DNA of 64,000 bases from Lytechinus pictus (taxonomy: Eukaryota), in contig NC_087263.1 of the NCBI RefSeq assembly GCF_037042905.1, forward strand, positions 12,464,001 through 12,528,000, given 5' to 3'. Under the pieces are notes generated by a model. It saw only the letters and a list, made by a program, of their open reading frames with translations, was not told the DNA's origin and did not search any database. How positions within the stretch are numbered: the first letter of the stretch is position 1; each line of letters begins with the position of its first letter. This document shows, piece by piece, positions 28,060 to 41,086 of this stretch. Made by a program: the position numbers and the translations under genes.

Positions 28060-30030
28060 ACCCCTAGTAATGAATAGATGTGAAAATTGATTGGAAGAGT
28101 CGAGGAGAAATGAAGAAGAGAGAGGTAGAGAGAGAGGGAGAAAAATATCTGACATTTATATTTAAAAAATGTTATCACTGTCCTCTCTCTCTGACCCCTG
28201 AATAAAAGATGTGAAAACTCATTGAAAGATTGGAGGAAAAACAAATAAAAGGTAGACAGACAAAGAGAGAGAAAGAAGAAGAAATGGTAATCTTATATGC
28301 AAAAATATAATCACTTCCATCTCATTCCAACCCCTGAATAATAGATGTGAAAGCTGATTGGAGGAAGTGGGGGACAGAGAAAAAGAGGGACTCAGAAAAA
28401 GTGCATAGCTCATGTACCCGGTATGGAATATTTCTACGCAATTGCAGATGTGTACATGTATTTTTTTTTATATAGCCCTATCTCTCATTTATTTATGTGA
28501 TAACTGATTGGGAGAGTGGGAAAAAGATTAAAAGAGGGAGAGAGATAGAGAAAAAGAGTCAGTATGAAGTATGGTTACACAGCCATGATATATTTTTATA
28601 TATTTCCCCATAAATATGAAAACTGATTGGAGAGAGAGAGAGGGACAGAGAAAAAGAGGGAGAGAGTAAGAGGGACTCAGAAAAAGTGCAAAGCTGATGT
28701 ACTCGGTATGGAATATGGCTATGCAATGGCAGTCATTGTATATTTTTATACATGAAAACTGATTTGGAGAGTTGGGACAGAGAAAGAGAGCGACTGATTT
28801 AGTATTTTGAAACAGAGTACGTGCATAACTGATGCACTTAGTGTGGAAGATGGCTACGCAATTGCAGATGTGTACAGTATTTTTTATATGGGCCTATCTC
28901 TCATTTATGTGATAACTGATTGGGAGAGTGGGAAAAAGATTAAAGGTCAAGTCCACCCCACAAAAACGTTGATTTGAATAAATAGAGAAAAATCAAACTA
29001 GCAAAATGCAGAAAATTTCATCAAAATTGGATGTAAAATAAGAAAGTTATGACATTTTAAAGTTTTGCTTATTTTTCACAAAACAGTGATATGCACAACT
29101 CAAATGAGACAGTCGATGATGTCCCTCACTCACTTTTTCTTTTGTTTTTTATTGTTTGAATTATACAATATTTCATTTTTTTTATAGATTTGACAATAAG
29201 GACCAACTTGACTGAATCATGCTCATTCCACATGTTCAGGGAGGAATTAATCGTTGTTTCACTTAACAATGAGGAGAAACATAAGATATTCCCTATTTTA
29301 TATAATAAAATACAAAATAAATAGTGAGTGGATGACGTTATCAGTCTCATCATTTGCATACCCAACAGGATGTGCATATAACTGTTTTCTGAAATTAAGC
29401 AAAACTTTAAAAAATGTCATAACTTTCTTATTTTACATCCGATTTTGATGAAATTTTCAGTGTTATGCTTGTTGGATTTTCCTCTTTTTATTAAAATCAA
29501 CTTTTTGTTGGGGTGGACTTGTCCTTTAAAAGAGGATAGAAATATAGAAAAAGAGTCAGCATGAAGTATGGTTACACAGCCCAGTATATTTATGTATATT
29601 GCTCATAAATATGAAAACTGATTTTTTGTTGGGGTGGACTTGTCCTTTAGAAGAGGATAGAAATATAGAAAAAGAGTCAGCATGAAGTATGGTTACACAG
29701 CCACGGTATATTTATATATATTGCCCATAAATATGAAAACTGATTTGGAGAGTGGGGGACAGAGAAAAAGAGGGAGAGAATGAGAGAGACTAATTTAATA
29801 TTTTTGATACAGGATAAGTGCATAGCTGATGTACTTAATATGGAGTATTGCTACACAGCCATGGTATATTTTTTATATATCGCCCTTCTATGTGAAAACT
29901 GATTGGAAGAGTGCGGAGAAGGAAAAGAGAGAGGGAAAGTGAGTGAGAGAGACTGATTTGATGCTTTGACACAGAATAGGTACATAACTGATGCACTCAG
30001 TATGGAATACTGCCATGCAGCCATTGTATT
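28060..30030. repeat. Degenerate ~120-140 bp tandem array (gaaaactgattgg...gaaaaagaggga...)
   Basis: Recurring gaaaactgattggagag and gtatgg..acacagcc motifs; interrupted by the 28944 MITE. Confidence 0.8.
28944..29525. mobile_element. MITE family A
   Basis: ttaa|aggtcaagtccacc ... ggtggacttgtcct|ttaa; paralogous empty site at 28528. Confidence 0.93.
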
Positions 30031-30068
30031 TTTATATCATGTACATGTACATGTTTGCTCTCTACAAG

Positions 30069-30510
30069 CTATCCCATAGACATTCTTTACAAGCATCAAT
30101 AATGCTCGCAAGATGCAAGGAGAGAATGCTGGAATCTACCAATTTTCTTTACACCATTCATAACATGTATGATAGGAGCATGTGGTGTATGACCAGCAGC
30201 CGTTGTATAATTTTATATATCTCCCACCAATGCACTCTTCAAGCCATCCCATAGACATTCTTTACAAGCATCAATAATGCTTGCAAGATGCAAGGAGAGA
30301 ATGCTGGAATCTACCAATTTTCTTTACACCTTTCATTACACGTATGATAGGAGCATGTGGTGTATGGCCAGCAGCCGTTGTATAATTTTATATATCATCT
30401 CCCACCAATGCACTCTTCAAGCCATCCCATAGACATTCTTTGCATGCATCAATAATGCTTACAAGATGCTGGCAGGGAGAGAATGCTGAAATCTACCCAT
30501 TTTTTTCCCT
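30069..30510. repeat. ~175-bp tandem duplication (about 2.5 copies)
   Basis: atcccatagacattcttt...catcaataatgct...gagagaatgctg repeated three times. Confidence 0.88.
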
Positions 30511-30579
30511 AGGTGCATTCCATGTACAACTTTCCACCTATGCCAGTGTAATTCACATTAGATCCTACAAATTCCCAAG

Positions 30580-31485
30580 AGAGGGAGGGAGAGAGAGAGA
30601 GAGAGAGAAAGGGGGTGGGGTAACAGGAAGGTGCTATGATTTAGGGATATTTTCGCCGTCTGCGTACGTCACTGCTGTACACAAACTTGCTCTGCGCCAG
30701 CTTTTGCCCCACTCTCGCTCTCTCTCTCCTTCTCTCCCTCTCGGTGAGTGCCTTCCTCCGCTCCGACGACATTTCTCCCCATTCTCTAGTCTTCCCCTTT
30801 TTGGAGAGGAAAAAAAAAAACAAGAGGTCATCTGTTTTTCAGTGCGTGAGGCAGTCACCATCTTGAAATCCGCCGGATTCCTCTGAATGCACCCTGGTAG
30901 ATTTCTTGTTGATTTCTTCTTCTTGGTCTTCTCCAAAAAAATTGGATGGACTCAATCTTTCATTTAGGACAAATATTTGAGCGTTAAACGACAGGATTAT
31001 TCAAAGGAAATGGGTCGACTTTAGTCGGGATGTGCATATCGAGGAAAATCCCGCTCACATCAGGCTCGTGAGAATATGTTTCGAATTACTTTTGATTGGT
31101 AAAAGCGGTAAAGTTGATGAAAGCTGTCTTGACAAGCCGTGGCATTTTGATCAATCTCGGAACTTTTTGCACTATGAGGTTTGATCTTCCGTGGAGGAGG
31201 TGGACATGGCTTAGAATCGCGGGGATTCGCAGAGATTTTCTCGGAGATTTGCATGACAAATAAGCTGTTCTGAGCCGATTCACTTCAACCATCCATCTCT
31301 TGGATCATTAGTGAAATCCGACAGCATGGCATTCAGAAAAAATCTTCGTTATTAGGCCGATTTATGGGCTGATCTTCCAAATTTGTCTGGATAAGCCATT
31401 ATCATTTTTTGTGGTAAAAAGGGGTATGAGAGTTTCTACATTATCATTTCAACGGACGAATTCTTGATCTGTTGACTAACAAATT
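30580..31485 (+). promoter_or_regulatory. Putative promoter/5'UTR of exon 1a
   Basis: (GA)n tract, CRE-like tacgtca at ~30665, CT-rich stretch, Inr-like tcagt at 30840, elevated CpG. Confidence 0.45.
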
Positions 31486-31511
31486 ATGTTGTTCCCATTA
31501 CCTTTTTTACG
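31486..31511 (+). CDS. DGKZ: Candidate alternative first coding exon 1a (MLFPLPFLR)
   Basis: ATG preceded by in-frame TAA (31477); ends CG|gtaatc in phase 2, completing R with the G at 43573; lies at the end of a promoter/5'UTR-like region. Very short, so could be chance. Confidence 0.45.
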
Positions 31512-31988
31512 GTAATCAGATATAGGTGCTTTTTCATTAAAAGCTGTTTGTAAGTTATGCATAACTGGTGACCAATATTAGTGTTATATGTGATATCCCA
31601 TGTCTTGTTGCTTTGATACAGTAGGGGTTAATGATTAATACATATTTCTAATGCGCACTTTCTGGTTAATTATTTACTCCAGGTGCTACTTATACAAGAA
31701 ACAAATAACAAGGGACATACCGATGATCATAGCCAGTAACATGATATCAATACAGTATAATAAAAGTGTTATGACTAATGTTTCTTGTGAGAGCAGAGAA
31801 TGCTTGACACTTGATTGAAAGGTCTTTAGACTGTTTATATTTATTCATTATTTTTTTATTGTTAAATATCTTGTAATCCCAATTTAAATTTTGACAAATT
31901 GTAAACTGTGCATTAAGATCCTTTAATCTTTAATCTACAAAAATTAGATTTCAGAGAATTGGAACAGTAATAATGACAAGAAAATCTT

Positions 31989-32200
31989 GGCCCGGTTTCA
32001 CAAAGATTTAAGTAGGACTTAGAGTCGCACTTAAATACCGAGTTGCGTACGGTATGAAAGGCTTGACTGCATTGTGAGATCGTGTTATGAGGACGTGCAC
32101 TACTGCGTATCTAGATCAATAAGATTGTGCATTGCATTTCATGTATGCGTCGGCATGTAAGTGCGACTTAAGTCATACTTAAATCTTTGTGAAACGCCCC
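31989..32200. mobile_element. Palindromic MITE (GGTTTCACAAAGATTTAAG TIR)
   Basis: gtttcacaaagatttaagta.gacttagagtcgcactta ... taagtgcgacttaagtcatacttaaatctttgtgaaac. Confidence 0.85.
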
Positions 32201-33472
32201 CTGTTATAATAACAAATGCACATAGCAAATATACTATAAGCCAGTCCAATTTATGGATTTCAATAGCTTTTTACTGTTGCAGCAAATTTGGTATTGTAAC
32301 AAATTTTATGAAACAGGCCCTGAATATGGCATTGTGAATATGAATGCATTTTTCAGGAAACAAATTGTTTGTGATTTTCACTCAATATTGTTATAAGCTA
32401 CCAAAATTCCTTAAATCTGATTGGCTCAGAGCAAATTAGTCGAAGAAAGTCACCCTTTGTTTCAAGAAATAACCCAGGTCACCACTCACTTGTAAAGTCA
32501 TTTGTAGTATATGAACAGCTGTACGATATACCATGCATTCCTAGTTTGCAATATGGGTTAATTAATTCAAAGCTAGATGTAGAAAAAAAACATGTTTCGA
32601 AATCAGCACAAACCAGTATATATTCAAAATTAATGATAAAATGCTGTGGGAACTTCTTTGAAAGAAAAGCTGAATCCATTTTCCATTTGCATTTCAATAA
32701 GGGGTGGAAGGAATTGAAATTAGTTATCGTAAATTTTCAAGTATTTTTAGAATGATATAACCACAACATAGCTTTGTTTCATATTAAATGATTCTTTCAC
32801 TCATTTGATAACTATTTCTGACCTTAGTTTTTTTTTATTGGAACATGGTATTAATTGTATTTACAAAACAACGAAAAAAAAATCATTCATACAGGAGCCA
32901 TATTGAAAGCTATCATATGTTAGCTGTGTTCATCAGTTTAATTCAATTCAGTAGGTCAATTTTGAATTTGAAAGTAGATTTCAGTGTGAAGGTTGTTAAA
33001 TTATATTGAAATCTAGGCCATGAATTTCATTTTCTTGGAATCTGTGAATTCTGAAAATGCAATGAATTTTAATGAGGCTGCACGTAATTCCTAACATCCA
33101 GGCTTGAAAGTATAGGAATATATAATCATGCTAATGGATCGAGGTATGATGATCAGTAATAAATTCGGGGGGCGTGTTTCATGAACAGTTTTCGTTTGTG
33201 ATTTTCGCAGGCTGATGTTATAAGCTTCTGGAAATCCTTCCATCTGATTGGCTGAGAGCAAATTTGTCAGTGAAATTCACTGATAAATCCTCATGAAACA
33301 CCCCCCCCCCCCCCGACTGCAGAAGAAAAGAAAAAATGGCTAGGTTAGAGCTGGAGTGGGAGATAAAGCCCTGGATAGAGCACAAAGAAGGGGAAAAGAG
33401 TTCTTGTTTTTTTTCATTTCATGCATGTACATGTTTTCATACTAAACTGAAATCTGCTTGTTGCTTACTTAA

Positions 33473-34062
33473 AGGGGAATGAAACCTTTGGAACAAGTGG
33501 ACTCGTGTGGAAACAGAAAAATCAAAGAATAAGATCAAAGAAAGTCTGAGAAAAATCGGACAAATAATGAGAAAGTTATGAGCATATTGATGTTGCGATC
33601 ACTATTGCTATAGAGATCCTCCCATTGGCAATGCGACACAGATTTGTGATGCCACATGTGAACAACTTTCCTTTGATGGACTCTAAAATGCCCCCAAAAT
33701 GTCTCTTTTTGCTCTTATGGTTATAAATACAAACTCTTCATCCGTAATATATTCTTTGAAAATCTACATTACATGTCCTTTTATAGAAAGAAAACATAAT
33801 CTACTGATAGATGTGATAAAAGAGGCAGATTAAGTGAAATATATTGAAAAGTAATGGGAAAGTTGTTCACATGTGACATCACACATCTTTGTCACATTGC
33901 CAATGGGAAGATCTACATGTACATTAATACAATGACGACCTAAACTTCAAATGTTCATAACTTTCTTATTATCTATTCATTTTTTCTCAAACTTTTGTTG
34001 ATCTGTTTCTTTGATTTTTCTGTTTTTGCACAAGCAATCTTGTTCCAAAGCTTTTATTTTCC
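33473..34062. mobile_element. TTAA/AGGGG MITE (T2/Kolobok-like family C)
   Basis: ttaa|aggggaatgaaacctttggaacaag ... cttgttccaaagcttttattttcc|ttaa. Confidence 0.85.
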
Positions 34063-34066
34063 TTAA

Positions 34067-34667
34067 AGGTCAAGTCCACCCTAGAAAATTATTGATTTGA
34101 ATGGATAGAGAAAAATCAAATGAACATAACACTGAAAATTTCTTCAAAATCGGATGTAAAATAAGAGAGTTATGACATTTTAAAGTGTTGCTTATTTTTC
34201 ACAAAACAGTTATGCACAACTCATTGATGTGCAAATGAGAGAGTCGATGATGTCACTCACTCACCATTTCTTTTGTTTTTTATTATTTGAATTATACAAT
34301 ATTTCAATTTTTACAGATTTGACAATTGGGACCAACTTGATTTACCCACAAACTGTTAAGATAATGGTAATTGCACATGTTCAGGGAGGAATAAAAGTTT
34401 GTTCCACCCGACGATGAGTAGAAAATTTGAATTTTTCATACTTCATATAATAAAATACAAAAGTAATAGTTAGTGGGTGACGTCATCTGTATGCTCATTT
34501 GCATACCGACCAGGATGTGAATATAACTGTTTTGTGAAATTAAGCAAAACTTTAAAATGTCATAACTTTCTTATTTAACAACCGATTTTGATGAAAGTTT
34601 CAGTGTTGTGTTTGTTGGATTTTTCTCCTTTTATACAAGCAACTTTTTATAGGGGTGGACTTGTCCT
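34067..34667. mobile_element. MITE family A
   Basis: ttaa|aggtcaagtccacc ... ggtggacttgtcct|ttaa. Confidence 0.92.
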
Positions 34668-35267
34668 TTAAAGTTTAATTCTTTAATCTGTATAGGCTTA
34701 AGAGAGGGACTACCCCTTTCCAGTCGGGGAGAGATTAATAACCATCATGCATTTTGATGCTCCAGACATTGTGGAAGCAAGGACTCAGCCATAAATCAGT
34801 CTGCTATTTGAAAATTAACATTTGCTGAACTGCAGAGTAGTGTAGGCGGTGGATGTACATTGCATCTTGTAAATTTCATAAGAAGCTTATATACCTGGTA
34901 CATTTCAGTGCATTCCAAGATTTTGAATTTCAGGAAATTTTATTCATCAAGTGAGTTCCTGAAGTTGCAGGATATTTGTACATTTCACTGACTCATTTTG
35001 CAATGATTGTTGCACAGGATGCATTGTTGAACCATAGGTCCATTTGTTGAACTATAAACTCAAGTCATTTGCAAAAGAGAATGCAACTTTGCTCTTCAAA
35101 ACATTGTACAAGTTTAGCACTTTATGGAGCTACGAGTGATGATAACACTGCATCATTTCAAATACTTATTACAATAATGTTAGCGGATATCACAGACGCG
35201 TCATAAATCACTTTTGCCAATCAAATCTATTTCTTTATCGTTTGGACTTGAGCTTGAGCTTCTCGTC

Positions 35268-35443
35268 ATGAATTCGGAGGATTACTTTGAAGATTTTCTT
35301 GACCCGTCGCACCGGTCATCGAGGAGTGCGATCGCGCAGCTCACCGCCATGCACTCTGACCTCTGCGACCCCGACTGCGCGACCTGCGCAATGTCAAAGG
35401 CCATGCGACGTCCAGGAATCGCAGCATCAGGAGAAATGGCAAG
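35268..35443 (+). CDS. DGKZ: Alternative N-terminal coding exon 1b (MNSEDYFEDFLDPSH...GEMAR)
   Basis: GC-rich coding-like island; in-frame upstream TAG at 35181; ends AG|gtacat in phase 2, matching the 43573 acceptor; possible upstream acceptor tgcacag|35018. Confidence 0.75.
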
Positions 35444-37254
35444 GTACATATCAATAAAAAATAGTATTAGAATCAGTACTGTTATATACATATGTATGTA
35501 GCCAGTGAGCAATGATTATAGTTGCCCTCAGAGATTACAGGTAGGGTTTTTCCCCCTCTCCACAGATGATCTGGCTATGCCAATGAATATGTAATATGCT
35601 CACTTAACATTGAACGTTTCATTTGTTTCATTCTTATTTTCATAGAATGTGGTATTTGATCGTTTTTAAGGGAGTATCTCTTCCCAACAGTTCAATTTTC
35701 TTTTCCTACCCTTTCCATTTATTGTATTGTATTTATTTTATTTATGTATTATATGCTCATTTTGTTATTTGTTGGCATTGAGTGAGGAGAATTTCCTCTA
35801 GATCTCGACAGAGAATTATATACCTTAAGAAAAAAATCCTCCCATTTTCTCATCTCTGTATTTGAAAATACTTTTATACACCTGCACATATTCATTGTGT
35901 CTATGAGTGTAAAGGTGAAGGATGAAATGAAGTATTCAAGAAATTATTATCTAAGGCCAATTAATGCTTTTGAAAGATAGCTTACTGTGGTTCGAGATAG
36001 AGAGTGGAGAGAGATTTGGTTGGGGTAGGGAATGAGAGAGCTAGGGGAAAGGAAAAGGAAGGGAGATAATGAATGGCTGGAAAGAGAGAAAGTGGGTGTG
36101 TGTTTGTGTGTGTGAGAGAGAGAAAGGTGGTTGTTTAAAGATGGGGAAAATTACTGTTTTTGATATTTTACTTTCAGGGGTAGATGTGAATATGTTGTTT
36201 GATACACACAATTTTTTTTTTTAATTATTTTTGTTATAGATTCAAGAGAGATTTGTAAATGAGTAAATAATATGTATCATGTTATTATATACTTGTAATA
36301 CAAAAAACTGACCTGACCTGTGACCTCTGTTGACCTTTTGCTGACCTTTGTTTGACCTCTTGTGAATGCTGCATCATTTTGTTTCATTGATATGTCAATA
36401 TGGGATATAAAGTGAAGTAATTCCAGAACTGAGATTGGCATACATGTATGCTGATTCACTTTTTGAGTGTAGGTCTATTAATAGGTCTATTAAAAGCACA
36501 TCGTAAGTCAATTTCAGGCATTTACAAACTGTATTTCTTTATTACATGTAGCTTTTGTGTCAATTAAAAAAATTGAAGGAAAAACACTCTGAAATGGTGA
36601 AATTGGCAAAAGGATTGAGATATGAAAATCACTGTGTCTGTAATGTCAAATTTTATTTTGAAACAGATTTTTTATGAAGTTGCAAAAAAATGGAACATTG
36701 AAAAAAAAATTTTTTTTTCAATTTTGAAAACAATTATTAATAAAATATGAATCTTCATGCAAATTGGAAATTGAATTTGAAACATTTATTTTTGCAATTT
36801 CTATCAATTTAGGATACATGAACTTTAACAGGAAAAAAAACAAGATTGAAGGAAATATGCTGTTGCTTTTGAAGGAAAAAATAAGATCATAGTATAGGGC
36901 AACTAAAATGCCCCATATGAGAGAACTCTAATTTAAGGGAATCTGAAAAACTACAAGAAATTAAATTGAAAAGACATTGATGAAGATCTTAATGAATAAG
37001 ATATCTTATTTCATGAAAAATTAATAATAAAGTAATTTAAAACATTCCATGTACCAATTGTAAAGTACATCAGATTCATTGACCAAGAAATATAGTACCA
37101 CGTAACATACACACATTATACTTCAGACGAAACGACTTTGGACACAATAGCTGCATGTAATAATAAATGCATGCATGTGTATAGTGTGAGTGTGTGTATA
37201 AATGCCGAGGCTTGCACACATAAGCAGCACCACTATTCATCGTCACTACCAAGC

Positions 37255-37795
37255 ATGAAACTGCTAACAAGCCGGCGCAGGGGGAGCGTGCCGGTGTAAA
37301 AATAGCATCGGCATTATAATAAGCACCCCGGCAAGCGTCGTTGAGAGAGCATCATCGAGAATCGGTCGCCCCCGTATTTCTCCTTCCGAGAGCGGCCGGC
37401 ATTTGCAATGCCAATACGCCCGCCAGTATTACATGTCGGTGTACATGTCTGCATGCAGTGATATTGGGCAACTCTTCTGTATTTTCCATTCGGACACACA
37501 CACACACTATCTCTCTCTCTTTCTCTCTCGCAGTACAAGGATAGGCAAAATACATACACACTTTTACTGTATCAATGGACATGTGTGTATGAATCTCAAA
37601 ATTCACATGTTGGATGCATCAGATTGATGTTCTGCGATTATCATCACTATACCTGATTTTCTTCCTTTGTCTCTCCTCGTTGTTGCTTTTATTTTTTCCG
37701 CTCAAGGCTCAATTTCTGGGTTTTGTAATCTGGCTTTCTGACCGATGATGGCTGGATATGATATGATTTGAGGTTCTTTTGGGGTACTGGTATCA
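37255..37795 (+). promoter_or_regulatory. Putative promoter/5'UTR of exon 1c
   Basis: CpG-rich block (gccggcgcagggggagcgtgccgg...) plus CA/CT tracts within otherwise AT-rich intron. Confidence 0.45.
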
Positions 37796-37839
37796 ATGGA
37801 TTACCGTACTAACGGCTCTGAGAATGTTCATATCATAAG
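37796..37839 (+). CDS. DGKZ: Candidate alternative first coding exon 1c (MDYRTNGSENVHIIR)
   Basis: In-frame upstream TGA (37769); ends AG|gtaatt in phase 2; follows a CpG-rich promoter-like block at 37260-37450. Confidence 0.55.
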
Positions 37840-39297
37840 GTAATTATTATTTTCTAAATTGTAATTTCAGAAGCCACATGTGCATTTTACCGCTAGGGAC
37901 AGCCTCCTTCAAGACGTGTATTGATATGTGAAATGATATGAGGTATAGCGTGTGGTGTTGTATTTGATTGGAGAATGTATAGGTAATGAATCGTTATTTT
38001 CTGAAAGGTATATTGTCAGAAGCCAAATATGGGTTTTACAATTGCGCAGAAACATCCTTTATTGTCTTTCTAGAAGGGAAAAACATTCTTATGAATATCA
38101 AAAAATTTTATGAGACGGTGTGTGGTCCTGCTTCTGATTGTTTTGGTTATTATACAGATGCTTCTAAGACTGTATTAATATAATAATGTAATATCATACT
38201 TTTTATTAAGAGGCAATGCATATTGTTCAGGTGTCACATGCACATTTCATTATTGGGCTATGACTTCTTCCTTTTGTTATTAAAGGAAAAGCATGCTTAT
38301 ACATGTAAATAATTTAGATTTTGTCATGTTTGAATTGATTATTATACAGTTCTTTGAATGTGCATTTATATAATGTTATGAATTATTAATTCTCAAGAGG
38401 CAATTTGTTTATCATTCAAGTAACACAAACACTGTGACTGTACTATAACTTCTTTCACAATTTCTAGAGGAAAAAACATGAAATGATATGAAATAGTGTG
38501 TAGTGCAGCAATTGATAAATTACATGTACATCTAATATGTGGATATACATGTACATAAATGATAAGGAAATGAATCATTTTCCTCTATAGGTAATATATT
38601 TGTCATATGCGTTGTACACACTTTACTGTGAACAACTTTTTTGAGTGATGCTTATGAAACTACATGTACATGTATAAAGCAATTTAAGTTGATGTGCAGT
38701 GCAGTGAATGTCTTGTACATAATGTACACTCTAAATGTATGAACGTAGACTTAACATGTACATGTAGCTCCACGGGACAGAAAAATAGCACTTAATACAT
38801 GTATTATTTTCTACGAGGCAATTCAAGTATTTTGTTCACATTCTTATGCACACTTACCTTGGACGTGTAAACTTAAGCAACAAAGAGTCCGTTGCCTTTT
38901 GAATTTTTCAGAAAATAGACCATATAATTACTTGACAAATTGTGCAAAAATAGGTTGAAAAGGAAATTTTTAAACATATATTGATATTTTTGACGGAAAA
39001 ATGTTCCCCCATCCGTAAAAATGTTCTTGCTTCCTCCCTTTTTTGCATTTAATTTTTTTTTCTTGTGACTTGAGCAATCTATGGTAGATCTGAAAATACT
39101 TCTTCAAAACCTACATTTGAAGATCATTAATATTTTTAGGTTTTTGCCTTTAACAAAAAATATACATAAAGCCTAAGAATGCGTGCCTTGGGCAAAGCTA
39201 TACCACTTAATAGGTGTGAGGAAGAGTAAGGGGGGGGGGGGGGCTGAGCAAGAGCCCCCAATTTTTGAGTTTCATGTTGGTAAGAAAAATGTCTGTT

Positions 39298-40144
39298 TGT
39301 CATGCAGTGCGGTCAGGGTGTGTTGACAGTGTGTCCAGTGTGTGTTTACAGTGTGTGTTTCCAGTGTGTCCAGTGTTTTTTCACAGTGTACTCAGGGTGT
39401 GTTCACAGTGTGTCCAGTGTGTGTTCAGAGTGTGTTTAAGGTGTGTTCAGGGTGTTTTTGCAGTGTGTTCATAGTGTATGCACAGTGTTTTCATTGTGTG
39501 TTCACAGTGTGTTCAGGGTGTGTTTAGGGTGTGTTCAGGGTGTTTTTGTAGTCTGTTCATAGTGTATGCACAGTGTGTTCATTGTGTGTTCACAGTGTGT
39601 TCAGGATGTGTTCACAATGTCTTCATAGTGCGAAATACAGTGATATCATCACACTGTTCTAATTTGAGCATTTTGAAAGTGTGAATCACAATATCACGTA
39701 GTCCTATCTGTGAACACCCTGTGTACACACGCTGTAAGGGCTGCAGTGTGAACATGTCTTCGCGCTGTTAAATTGGAGCATTTTAACAGTGAATATCGTC
39801 ATATTGTTCACTATGTAAAAACACTGAAAACCAGCGATGCATCCACACTGTGCAATCATCTTCACACTATTAAATTTGAGCATTTCAACAGTGAATCATT
39901 TGCTAACGTAGTCCTCTATATGAACACTTTATGAATACTCACACTCGAGAGAAATCCACTGTGTGAAATAATCTTCACACTGTAAACACTATACACACAC
40001 CATAGAGGTATCCACAGTTGGGATCATTTTCACACACTGAAATTTATAGCATTTTAATAGTGTGATTTACTTGTACATCTCTGAATTGCCCACTTTGTTT
40101 ACACACTGTAAGCACACTGAATACACTGGACAGACTGCGTGACA
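39298..40144. repeat. Modular repeat: cagtgtgttc tandem block, ~100-170 bp internal units and an inverted end
   Basis: tgtcatgcagt...cagtgtgt at left; acacactg...actgcgtgaca at right; recurring internal cacactg.taaattt(g)agcatttt. Confidence 0.65.
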
Positions 40145-40673
40145 CTACCAGAATGTAATATTAACTTAAAAGCTTTGTGTAAGGTAAACTTTTACCAAAT
40201 GCATTTTAGTGTAACTACAACAAATCTGGTGAAGAGGAAAATAGATACATGTATTGGTGTATCAGCGCAGTGTGTGACTCTATGATGACATCAATGATGC
40301 CTAGATTCATTCGTGAATGATATAAATGTACGTGTACACTGTACACAATTGATGGTATATAACATGGAGATAACAATACCCAATGTACATGTATTTGTAT
40401 GATAACTTGCCTATATGTAGGTCATTTTCATAATGCAATTCTTTGCTACAGAAGAGGGACTTCTTTAAGTGTATTGTACATATAATTTGACACAAGAATT
40501 CAATGACCTCATTTCACCAATGCCTGTGTGAATAATCTTAGAGAATAAAACTGTATTTCAGATATACACCGATAGAGAAATTATTTGTTTGCCCTAATAG
40601 CATTATGAGTTTCCTTGAAGATTCTTCAGTGGTGCATACTAGTTTATTACCAATTACTGGGGAATGTTTCTTA

Positions 40674-41086
40674 AGGCCACCGCACACCTTACGACCCGAC
40701 TGGTCGGCAAATGGCTTGCGACTGAGTGAGGGGAAATGAATCGCAAGGTAGTCATAAGCCTCGACACCGCACAACTTGCGATCCGATCTGCGACTCACGC
40801 ATGCGCTTTTTGGCATAGCAACTGAGAAAGTGCGCTTACTACTGCGTATGCGCGTTGTTTATCATATACGCGTCGTGCAACTCTACTGTCTGATTGGCTG
40901 GAAGTTGGATTGAGCTTGCGATCCAGTCATAAGGATTCGACATGTCAAATCCTTCCGATTTTCCTTGCGACTTGTCTCTGACCGGTCTGCGACGCGCAAG
41001 CTGACAAGAGCCGTGACGTCACATCTCCCCTCACTCAGTCGCAAGCCAGTCGCCGACCAGTCGGGGCGTAAAGTGTGCGGTGGCCT
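40674..41086. mobile_element. GC-rich MITE with ~65-bp TIRs, TTA TSD (PIF/Harbinger-like)
   Basis: tta|aggccaccgcacac...cgactggtcggc...cttgcgactgagtgagggga ... tcccctcactcagtcgcaag...gccgaccagtcg...gtgtgcggtggcct|tta. Confidence 0.9.
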
